The position numbers and the translations under genes were made by a program. A stretch of 61,706 nt of DNA, the filler included, from Choristocarpus tenellus KU-1152 (Eukaryota > Protista > Phaeophyceae): the NCBI GenBank assembly GCA_964200185.2. It is 9 parts of 9 records of this genome, joined end to end, with 100 filler letters (N's around TTAATTAATTAA, not from the genome) between each part and the next. Parts side by side here need not be neighbours in the genome. Positions count along the whole stretch, not along the records: positions 46,397 to 54,315 come from CAXNAD020005394.1; positions 54,416 to 61,706 come from CAXNAD020006394.1; 7 more parts are not named here. One strand, written 5' to 3'. The notes under the pieces are model-generated. The model was not told the DNA's origin. It searched no databases and saw nothing but the letters and a program-made list of their open reading frames with translations. The first letter of the stretch is position 1. The number at the start of each line of letters is the position of its first letter. This document shows, one piece after another, positions 51,132-61,706 of the stretch.

Positions 51132-54100
51132 AAATTAGGAGCGAAAATACATCCTACATCTTACCCTGTGTAGCACTTTGGTTCAAATTGGGAGCGAAAA
51201 TACATCCTACATCTTACCCTGTGTAGCACTCCGACTGAATTGTTGAATGGCTCTGTTCACACATGACTGTGACCTCCCTGGAGTCCTCCAAGAAAAAGAC
51301 AATCTTGCCGCCTGAGTCGAATAGTCCGTCGTAGCCTGAACGTTTCCTAGCACCCTACATCCTGGTTCAAACCCCACCAACATCAGACTTCCTTTCAAGG
51401 AAGCCTGGTTTCGATTATCCAGCACACTATTGTGTAAAAGAAAAGCACTATATATTGCACGACAGAACTATCTGAAAAACAAACCTAGATATGATTGCCT
51501 TGTGGAATTGGTTTCTTCATCTATAAGAGTTCCAGAATTATGGGAAACAGTGATCAAAATATCAGAGGGATGAGGGGTAAAGGTTGAACTTAAATACATA
51601 GAAATAAGGCACGTAACTCTACAGTGTGTAGTGCCTGTATTGTGAAGCAACGAATTGGATCTACAGGGTCGAATATTTGGGTATTAGCAGGTTGCAGTTA
51701 AGGATAGACAGTTCGATCGAGTGAAGATACGTTCCATTGCCAAAGTTGCGTGGTCATCATCCTCCCATGTGTTGTTGGTGTAGGGTCGTTTGGACTTGAT
51801 GATTATCCACAGTCAGTTGCAGATCGAGTGAAGATATATTCCATTCCCAAAGTTGTTGCGTAGTCATGATCCTCTCATGTGTTGTTGGTGTAGGGTCGTT
51901 TGGACTTGGTGATTTTCCACAGTTGGTTGCAGAATGTACAGATTTATAGCTGTAAGCTGGAAACAAAACTCCAGAAGTCCGACACTCGATACATTAATCA
52001 GTTCTTCACTCGATGCGTATCCCTGGCTTTAGTCAAGTTGTTGCCAAGGAAAGAGGAGGGAGGACGTAAGCGTGAAGCCAACACACTCTTGTGACCGACA
52101 CCACTATCGACACTGTGGAACCACGACTTGATCAGAGTCAAAATAAAAGAGATGACTTGAAGGTGGGTAGAAGAGTGCGGTTTAATGCTACCAAGTCTGT
52201 CGGTGCACTACAAACCCGCCAGACCAAGATTGAGGTTCCAACATTCTATAAGCAGGTCCAGCAGAAGATTTGGGGGAGGAGGTGGAGCAATGGTCAATGC
52301 AAGTGCTGAAACCATTGCGCGAGAAGCAAGGGCGCGAACAGAGGAGGAAGTAAAAGAGGTCTTAGTGAAACAAGTTAGTTACAGAAGTTTGTATGACAAC
52401 TTGTAAGTGGTACAGCGTGTTGGGCATCTGAACACGGGTTGGGATAGTCAGCCTGAAGTAGCCGCAAAAAATAAAAAAAAATGAATAATATGCTATCGCT
52501 ACCACTTGTCGTTAAACCTTCTCCCTTGAATCTTGTGTTGGACTCACCCCATAATTTCTCCACAATCAAACCTTGCCACTTCGTGTTGGGGTCTCCTACC
52601 TTTTTTTAACGATTACGTCCAGAGACATTTTGCAGATGTTGTCGTGGGGAGAATAAGAATAGACGCAAGGTAAAGAACAACCAACACATAACAACAAAAT
52701 ATGTAATGCTTACAGGGAAGGAAGCCCTTCGAATTCACCAACAAGAGATATGTTGTACTTGACAACAAGAAAACATTAAACCTACTAAAACAACTGCGAT
52801 ATGCTGAAACTAGACCATGAGGGCAGTCTAGAAACAAGGGGAGAGTTCCATGAGTCAGTTGATCTGGTCATCGAGGAGTTGCTCGACATAGATGCCCGCA
52901 GCTCTATTGTTTATGATATTGTTCGTAACACCTTCAGGAATGGAAGGAGAGTTTTTTCAAAGGTCGTCACAGTAATGACTACCAAGGTAATGAGTACTAT
53001 ATTTTGGTGGTGATCTACCGTATCGTAGGATTTTGGCGACTGTAATCGTTCCCATAACTAACGAAGGTGGTACTTCCACAATTTGTACTGTCCAAATTAT
53101 TAAACGACAATCGCTACAGTATCATACGGTGGAGATTCCTGAAATACCATTAAAAATGTAATGCGACTCCTCAGTTGTGGATATTCCTATGGACATTGAG
53201 AGCACAGAGTGCTCTGAGATTGGCAGCAAGGTGGCAAGGCCAGAGAGCCCTACTTTGACTTTTCTTAACTCAATTCAAGGGGCAGCATGGTGATGGTGGT
53301 GACAGTTATCGAGGCAACCAACTTGGGGAAGTCGAGATGAGCGGTGAGGAAGTTCTCCCAGAGATTCATCCCCTCGAATAGAACCACGAAGAACATGAGA
53401 TGTGCTGTATCTCGATTGTTAAAAATGGCAAATGAACGGAGTTCGGGCATTTCCTCAATCGCAGCTCTGAATCCACGCTTACCACCCACTCCAACCAGTT
53501 TCACTAACACAAGGAAGTGATAGAGTCTAGCGTGTGGTTAACAAAGAAAACCTGAACCACCATGGAAAATAGTGCAACCAGTGTAGTCCACACCGTGTCA
53601 TCTGAGTGTTAAATATACCATGGGAAAGGGTGGAATGACCATATTTAATATATATCATTACCATACTAAATGATATTATTATGCCCTGGCACATTTTGGA
53701 GATGTGTCAGGGGCAAAATCAATTCAATGCCATAAGAACCTCTGCAATAGTAACAGTTGCCGTATATGTGAAAGACATTTTTCTATATTCTATTTGCTAT
53801 TTTTTTGCTACCAGCTATGCTACAAGCACTCCCCTCCTATGTCTCCAACCTAGCTTAGCCCTACACCACAGGGCGAGGAGTACTTAATGGTATTTTTTCG
53901 AAGGTATCGATTACCATACCGTACCCATATTTCACAGTATACGTGCCACTCCGCGGTTTTTCATTATCATTTTCACCGAATCGTATCGTATTTCTTCCAA
54001 AATCTTCACTATTGTAATACACATTGAGTTGTCCCTTTTACGAGTCATTCCCCTTTTGATTGACTACTATTATACCATACACTACCATTGCCTTTCTCTT

Positions 54101-54479
54101 CATTCTCACTAAACAAAAATTATTATCAATCCTTCTTTTGACACGACTACCAACAACAGGGACGAAGAAGAAAGAAAAATGTCAACAATGAGTTTTTTGT
54201 GTGATGCATACTGCTACTGGTGCTTGTTGCTGTTATTAATTAACACGTGTTTTATGGTCAATTGCTAGGACTGTGTAGACAACTCCAAGTAATAAAAACA
54301 GGGTCAATGTATGGGNNNNNNNNNNNNNNNNNNNNNNNNNNNNNNNNNNNNNNNNNNNNTTAATTAATTAANNNNNNNNNNNNNNNNNNNNNNNNNNNNN
54401 NNNNNNNNNNNNNNNAAAGAGCAAAAAACAAAAAAGACAAAAAACCAACATAAAAACGGACAAAATGTGTAGAGGGGAG

Positions 54480-54512
<33 letters not shown>

Positions 54513-54915
54513 TTCTTAGGGCTGCAGTGTTCCTCTAACATACCAAAATTGAGCCGGGGGAGGGGTAAGTGAGAATGGATCATGTATTACCTAAAAAAGA
54601 CACATTCAGTACGGATAGATTTATTTCCCTATCTCAATAAACCCAAAACGATTAACACATACGCATTTCACACTTGAAAAGGAGTGTAGGTGATCTCTGT
54701 CCAGCCGTTTGGGGGAATTAAACATCATTTGCCAGTCAACGATTCCCTGTGTATCATGAAGAACACATACGCAGTCCCATTGCGGCAATTTCCCACTCCC
54801 AAGCCCCTTGCCCTACGCCTTCTGTGGATACTTACTGGTCAACTTGAAAAAACGAGCACAATGTTACAAACAACACATGCTAATGGATGACCAACACCAC
54901 CTGGATGAGACTCAC

Positions 54916-55968
54916 CACAATGCGATCACGCAGGGCCTCCGCACTGAAACCGGCAAATACAACGCTGTGAGGAGCTCCTATGCGGGCGCAGGCGAGCATT
55001 GTAATGGCTGCTTCAGGCACCATGGGCATATAGATGGTGACAAAGTCGCCCTTTTTCACTCCCATCTCCTTCATGGCGTTTGCCACTCTGCAGACATCCT
55101 GAAGAAGCTCAGAATAAGTCAGCGTCGTCATTTCACCCGGTTCGTCACCCTCGTGCACTATGGCCACCTGCGCTTCCCACCAGCCCCCAGGAGTGTGGGC
55201 AAGGATTTGGAAGTTACTGACCTTTCCAAAACACCTACGCATCCTAGAGGAAGTCATTCAGCACAATGGTGAGCTTCCTCCTCAACACTAGCAAGAAATA
55301 GTCAGGCTACGTAAGGAGGAAATGAAGCCCCCACGGAGATAGATTTGCGGTGAGCCCAGAGTCTCACCTGGTTGGCCAGCTGAGGTAGATGCTGATCGAT
55401 ACAATTATAGCATGCATTGAGCTGCCCACCAGTGAACCAGGCGACATCCCCCTGAGCGAAGCCTCCCTGCGAGACACGGTCGAAGTCCCTAAACCACTTG
55501 AGGGTTGAACGGGCCTCAGAACCCCAAAACTCTTCTGGGTCACTCAGACTCTGCTTGTACTTCGCCTGGTGGCATGTTGCATGAGAAAGGGGAGTTGGCG
55601 TGTATGAATCGCAAACAAGATTCTACAAAACTATTTCTGCTACTCCTTCACTACACTCCCACATCCCACACCTGGTAATTCTTCATCCCATTGGGAACAG
55701 GGACTGGAGGGCTGAACACTTCATCGTGCCCATCGCCTGAGGACATAGTGGAGTACTTGGAAGCAGAGAGTGGATTGGAACTTAGAGGAGAGCGTCTTGA
55801 ACCACGACAAAATATAGGGCCTTTGCTGAGTTTTTTTCTTGCACCTACCCTCGCGACAGCGAGATTGAGACTCTCGCCCTGGATTAGGAGCAATATGCAC
55901 AGAGTGAGTTGCAGAATAAGACAAGCACTTTTCGTATTCACACAAATCTCACTCTCACGCCTCTCCAT
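54916..55968 (-). CDS. acs: Acetyl-CoA synthetase (AMP-forming), 5' exons; remainder beyond the gap
   Basis: Exons (55968 or 55746)-55672, 55565-55368, 55167-54916: [99 protein letters not shown]. Confidence 0.97.
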
Positions 55969-56759
55969 CAAGGGTTCAGAATGTACACAGAATGACACGA
56001 GAAAATAAAATTTGTTGGTAACCAACCGATTTCCAAAGAAATCGGAGACTAAAGCGTTACAGTGGTACTACAAGACGGTAGATCCTAGGTACAGTACACC
56101 AACGTAACGATCAAGGCAAATGGGCCTGTCAGATTCTTGGAATGCTTCCCTACCTCCTCGCCCTGTGGTGTAGACCTAACCTAGGTTGAAGGCATAGAAG
56201 GAGTGTGGTGTACCATACCTGGTAATGCGACAAGTGCTACTTTTTCAAGGGTTACTATGATATTGAGTTGACTTTTCATTGTTGTTCCTCTGATACATCT
56301 GAAAATGTCAAAGAACATAATAATATATCGTGCGTTTTAAGCTGGAGACACCAGGGAGGTGATCAAGAAGGGGTTTGTTAGATTCGTAGGATGCTTCCCT
56401 ACCCCCTCACCCTGGGTGCAGGACAAAGCTAGGTTAGAGGCACAGGAAGACAATGGTACAGCATAGCTGGTAATAAAATAGTAAATAGATGAATGCCTTT
56501 CACATTCATTACAACTGTTACTTTTTAGGGGTTATTTTGACATGTGAATAATCATGACCAATGAGACATTATGAATATAAATTCATGGTGAAGTGTCTAG
56601 GTCAACTCTGCATAGGGATGGGTATCCCTTGCACTATGGAGGACAGTCGCCCATTAATGGTGGACAGGAGTTTCCGCATGGGTGTGGTCTTCCATGCTGG
56701 GGCACTTGCGGACGCTAGATCAGCTCCCTACCAGGACAAAGGCCTCCTCCTGGATGTTG

Positions 56760-57178
56760 TGTTACAGGGTGGAAGTCTCGGTAGGACCTCCATGTTACAG
56801 CGCGCCCCTGAACTCACCTCCTCAGGATGTACAACTCAAATCCAACAACCTTAAAACGACGCTATGGGGACGTTGCCCTTGGTAACAGTTTGTAGGGTGT
56901 CAAATAGCCTTCTCTCTTGATATTCCACTCGATGCTTAACTCAAAGCTCGACTCAAAGTTTCGTTCAAGATAAAAAGTGTAAGGCTACGTATGTGATACT
57001 AATATCGTATATGTTCACACTTGTTTGAAAGCGAGAAACAATGCTCGCACTATTCGCCTGTCACAAATATTCGTGTTTGCTAATACATGAGAAGAAATGC
57101 TCGCGCTATTCGCGTGTAACAAATGCTCGCATTTTGTTAGAACACAAGAAGAAATGCTCGCGCCATTCGCCTGTAACA
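56760..57178 (+). mobile_element. TGT..ACA element (Ginger-like non-autonomous element or solo LTR), 4-bp TSD
   Basis: gttg|tgttacagg...cgcctgtaaca|attg; removal restores the host LINE frame LLLDVAFAEVQ. Confidence 0.8.
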
Positions 57179-60100
57179 ATTGCATTTGCAGAAGTGCAAG
57201 CAGCCTCCTACCTGCCACACTCATCCATCAGCAATAGTGTAGCTGCTGCTGCTCCTATGGTGAAAAAGCGCACCCACTACAAGGATTATTTTGGCCCTCA
57301 TAGTTTTAACCTCAACATCTTCACAGTTGAAGATTTGGGGTCCCTTGGTAAGCAAGCAGAAAGGTTTCTAGATAGGTGAGTTGGCTACACATCATATGGT
57401 AGTATGGGGGAGAGGGACGGGAAGTTACAGCAGGAAAGGGTCTGTCAAATCCCGTTTACGACAGATAGTGTCTGTCACTACACAAGTGCTCTCTCGATAA
57501 GTATTATGCGTTTCAAGCAGGAGACACTGAGGAGGTGGACAAGGAGGAGCATGTCAGGTTCTTGGGATGCTTCCCTAACTCCTCGCCCAGTTATATTGAA
57601 TTGGCTTTTCCCCTGATACATGTAAAAAATGTCATACGGCACAAAAATATATAAATATTATTCGTTCAATTTAATATCATTAGAATCCCTAGAAAAGTAA
57701 CGGTTGTCGTAGATGTGAAAAAGTTCTTTAGGGCTAATTACGACATATTATGTATTATTTATTATTATGCCCTCTCACATATGTATAGTTTTCATTGGTT
57801 TTCCCCCTGACACATCTGCAAAATGTCAGAGGGCATAATAACATATTGAGTTGACTTTTTGCTACTCACACCTACCAAATGTGAGACCCCATTAAAATAG
57901 TAATAATAATATAAATGTTATACTGCGAACAGTATATAAATGTTCTCCACTACGAGTTTTAGACCCATACCAACAGCAAGGTGAACATGGTCTCCGATTT
58001 TTCAATAAAATCGGCGATCCTCTATCAAATCCCAATTATTTTCATCCTTTTCCTTACCAAAAACAAATATAAAACATACATTGGTGCTATATAAAATCTT
58101 GGACCACTACCGTAAGATTTTTGGAAATAGATCCAATTCCATGTGATTATAATACTCTTACTTGCAAGTAATGATAAATTGTAGATCTGGAAAGGAATAG
58201 GGTAGGGAAAGTTCTGCGCTGGCTCTAGCCCTCAACATCAATTGCTGTCAAGAAGAGGTCTCGCCATGAGTCGTAAGAGATACTGTCCAATACGTGCGTG
58301 GTACCAGGTTGCATGAGGCAAAATGTTAAAACTATGAACATACACACACCTGGATTAGGGTGGAAGTACGAGTATACCATATACCAATAGTGAAACTATC
58401 AGTGTAAATATGCAGGGGGGTGGGCATCCCTTACATAGTGAGGATGGCAACCCCCTCACAGAGCATAGGAACTTCTGCATGGATGAGGTTTTCCATGGTG
58501 GAGGGATCACCATCATATGAGGTCCAGGCATCTTGCCGCCTGACAAACTCATATTCCAGCAATGATTTCACTACTCCAGTAAACAACGCATGTGAGTGCA
58601 CCCGAGACAAGGGATCTTTTTCTCATAGATTTAGTCTCAACACTATTGTGGTGGCAAGTTTTGGGTGCTTCAGTAAGCAAGCAGGGAGTTTCCTTCAGTT
58701 AACCACCCGTGCTGTATGGGGGAGAGGGCATAATACTATAATAGGAAAGGTGCTTTCAAGACTCGATTGAGACATTCTTTCCGTAGTAACTGAAACGCAC
58801 CTCTTTCGAGTAGTGTAGTGCGTCTTAAGCTTGAGACACCTGTCCGGTGGGAAAAAAGGGTCCTCACATATACTTAGGGCTCTTCCCTACCTCCTCGCCG
58901 ACCTTTGTAGGGATAGGCTGAAAGCATAGCAGTGTGAACATTGGATTGGTTTGAACGGAATAACCCCTCAGGACAAGTTCCTTATCAGGACAAAGGGCCT
59001 CCTTCTGGGTGTTACGTTTGGAGAAGTACAAGCAGCCTCCCATCTGCCACTCCCATCCACCAGCAATGTTGTAGCTACTGCTGCCGCCAAGTTGCGAAAG
59101 CGCACCCACTACGAGGATTATTTTGATATTCGTATTTTTAACCTCACCATCTTCGCAGTGGAAAGTTTGGGGTTCCTTGGTCAGCAAGCAGAACGTTTTC
59201 CACGTGAGTTGGCTACACAGGCAGTAGGAGGGAGAGGGGCGGGAGGATACAGCAGGAAAGGATCTTCCAAATCCCGTTTACGACAGATAGTGTCTATCAC
59301 TACACAAGTGGCTCTCTCAAGACGTGTCAAGCGTTTCAAGCTGGAGACACCAGGGAGATGGGCAAGGAGGGACCTGTCCGATTCTTGGGATGCTTCCCTA
59401 GCTCCTCGCCCAGTAGTGTGGGGCTAAGCTAGGTTGGAGGCATAACAGCAGTGTACATACAACATTTTAATTACGAGCTATTATGGGAGTGTTGTAGTAT
59501 ATTGCTTGTCAATTTGTAAATTGATTTTGGAGAGATACCTTTCATTGACGACAACTGTTACTTTTACAGGGGTCCTTATAATTTTTAATTTTATTTTTCC
59601 CTAATACATCTGCAAAATGTCACTCCTAAAAAAGTAACAATTGTCCTAGATGTGAAAGACATCTTCCTACTATCTATTTACTATTTTACTACCAGGTATG
59701 CTACACCTCTACCCTCCTATGCCTCCAGCTTAGCTTAATCCTGCACCCCAGGGTGAGGAGTTAGGAAAGCATCTCAAGAATCCAACAAGCCCCTTCTTGC
59801 CCATCTTTCTCGATGCCTCCAGCTTAAAACGCATGACACGTCTAGATAGAGCTGCTTGTGTTGTGACAGACACTATCTGTCGTAGACGGGATTTGACAGC
59901 CCCTTTCCTGGTGTGTAGCCTCCTGTCCCTCTCCCCCCTAACGCATGCGTAGCCAACTCATCCAGAAAACAGCATCTCTGGGAACCTCTCGTTTATATAT
60001 ATATTATATTATTATGCCCTTTGACATCTTGCAGATGAGTAAGGTTATATATCAAACACACCTCCACGTTAACGGTATAACATGAACACCATACCAATCA

Positions 60101-60303
60101 TATGTATTATTCGTAATCATAGTGTTATGTGTACACTGCTGCTATGCCTCCGACTCAGCCTAACCCTATACTACTGGGCGAGGAAGTAGGGAAGCATCCC
60201 AAGAATCTGACAGGCTCCTGTTCTTGTCCATCTCCCTGGTGTCTCCAGCTTGAAATACATGACACATCTTGAGTGAGCCACTTGTGTAGTGACAGACACT
60301 ATA

Positions 60304-60915
60304 TGTTACAGGCGCGCCTCAGAACTCACCTCCACAGGATGTACAGCTCAAATCCAACGACCTTAAAATGACGCTTTGGGGGCGTTGCCCTTTATAACAG
60401 TTTGTAGGGTGTCAGATGTCCTTCTCTCCTTGATATTCCACTCAGTGCTTAGCTCAAAGCTCGACTCAAAGTTTCGTTCAAGGTAAAAATAAGGACTGGG
60501 TGTAAAAGGGGTCAAGGTGTTTAACCAAAATCCCTCTTTATTATTTTCATCATCCACACAATTTCTTTTTGTCTTCTATGCAACTGCTCTACACGTACTT
60601 CCATCATAAACCTTTCTTCTGCAACTTCTTATGGGCTTTGACATTTTCTTCTGTAATGTTACGTATGCATTCCAAATCTTACTCTGTATCTTTTATGAAA
60701 TTATCTTTCATGCTGTAAGGCTACCTATGTGCTACTCATATCGTATATTGTTCGCACTTGTTAGAAAGCGAGAAACAATCCTCGCTCTATACATCTGTCA
60801 CAAATATTCGTGTTTGCTAAAACATGAGAAGAAATGCTCGCGCTATTCGCGTGTAACAAATGCTCGCACTTCGTTGGAACACAAGAAGAAATGCTCGCGC
60901 TCTTCGCCTGTAACA
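60304..60915 (+). mobile_element. TGT..ACA element, second copy, TSD TATA
   Basis: tata|tgttacaggcg...cgcctgtaaca|tata; empty site seen in the sister LINE copy (~59866 gacagacactatctgtcgtag). Confidence 0.85.
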
Positions 60916-61474
60916 TATATGTCGTAAACGGGATTTGACATTCCCCTTCCTGCTGTATCCTCTCATCCCCTTTTCCTCCTACAGCGTGTATAGCCAACTC
61001 ACCTAGAAACCTTTCTGCTTGCTTACCATATGGCCAACTCTACCATTTATCTCTTTTCTCCTCACACACCACACTTCACAACTGAAGAACAGACTACAAA
61101 ATATTTTATCATGACCTCTGATATTTGGAGGTATGCCAGGGAAATATCAAACCAAACCTATATTACCAAGGCCATTGTTTATACAACAGTTATCGTCAAT
61201 GCTAAGATACTCTCTGAAATACGTACTATTTTGGAACTAACAATATATATTGTTATGACCTATGATATTTTGTAGATGTGTTAGGGGAAAAGCCAAACCA
61301 ATATCATAAGGACCCCTGTGAAAAAAACAGTTGCCGTAGATGTAAAAGGTATCTCTCCACAAACTATTTACTATTTGAGTTCTGGCTCATAATTCAAACG
61401 TTATATGTACACTGCTGCTATGCCTTTAACGTAGCTTAGCCCCACACCGCTGGGCGAGGAGCTAGGGAAGCATC

Positions 61475-61654
61475 GACTCAAAGTATCTGGGGAGGGGGGG
61501 GTCTACACCAGGGTGTCCATTCGGGCCCTGACCAGGAAAAGTGCACTTATACTATCCATCTCAACGCATGCAACCAAATCACCCAAAAATTGCGACATGG
61601 AAAAATGGGCCCCGAATAGACAGCTGGCACCCCCCCCCCCAGATTCTTTCAACC
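61475..61654. mobile_element. MITE family B, full length, inserted in a LINE fragment
   Basis: atc|gactcaaagtatctgggg...cagattctttcaacc|atc; empty site gggaagcatcccaag at ~60189. Confidence 0.88.
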
Positions 61655-61706
61655 ATCCCAACAATCCGACAGAGTTCTTCTTGTCCATCTCCCTGGTTTC
61701 TCCAGC

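Larger units (their letters stand above)
56110..61706. mobile_element. Nest of about 10 CRE-like (RLE-type) LINE 3' fragments in both orientations
   Basis: Best copy 58951-59427: GLLLGVTFGEVQAASHL..AAAKLRKRTHY..FNLTIFAVESLGFLGQQAERF..ELA..SRLRQIVSITTQVALSRRV; shared 3' UTR and tail. Confidence 0.75.

Noticed and set aside
52090-53510. Possible Academ-like or other transposase relic (LYFGGDLPYRRIL)
   Set aside because: One weak motif in heavily broken frames; cannot be supported without a profile search
57040-57178. CRISPR-like repeat-spacer pattern (26-bp repeats, ~31-bp spacers)
   Set aside because: Only three units, spacers resemble each other, eukaryotic context with no cas genes; it is the reiterated end of the TGT..ACA element

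Overview
Eukaryotic, intron-rich draft-genome DNA. It is most likely from a photosynthetic stramenopile of the brown-algal lineage (inference from bipartite plastid-type leaders, TTAGGG-type repeats and the TE repertoire). The window is nine contigs joined by artificial 100-nt spacers (N44-TTAATTAATTAA-N44), so adjacency across gaps is not biological evidence. Contig 1 (1-16107) is gene-dense: a spliced type-II-thioesterase-like gene lacking its catalytic Ser and His (-), a Maf-family pyrophosphatase (+), a DysF-domain protein (-) and carnosine N-methyltransferase (+), arranged as two head-to-head pairs. Other gene fragments are eIF3j (3' end), a P4-ATPase flippase (3 exons) and acetyl-CoA synthetase (5' exons). 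The rest is mostly mobile DNA: three related MITE families with 3-4 bp TSDs, two plant-type mariner pseudogenes, a decayed Copia ending in a 315-bp inverted duplication, and a Ty3/Gypsy integrase tail with tandem chromo-like and Tudor-like domains (revealed by removing a MITE). It also holds a nest of CRE-like LINE 3' ends, TGT..ACA elements with 4-bp TSDs and a possible CRESS-virus Rep relic. All calls come from manual translation and alignment; no searches were run.
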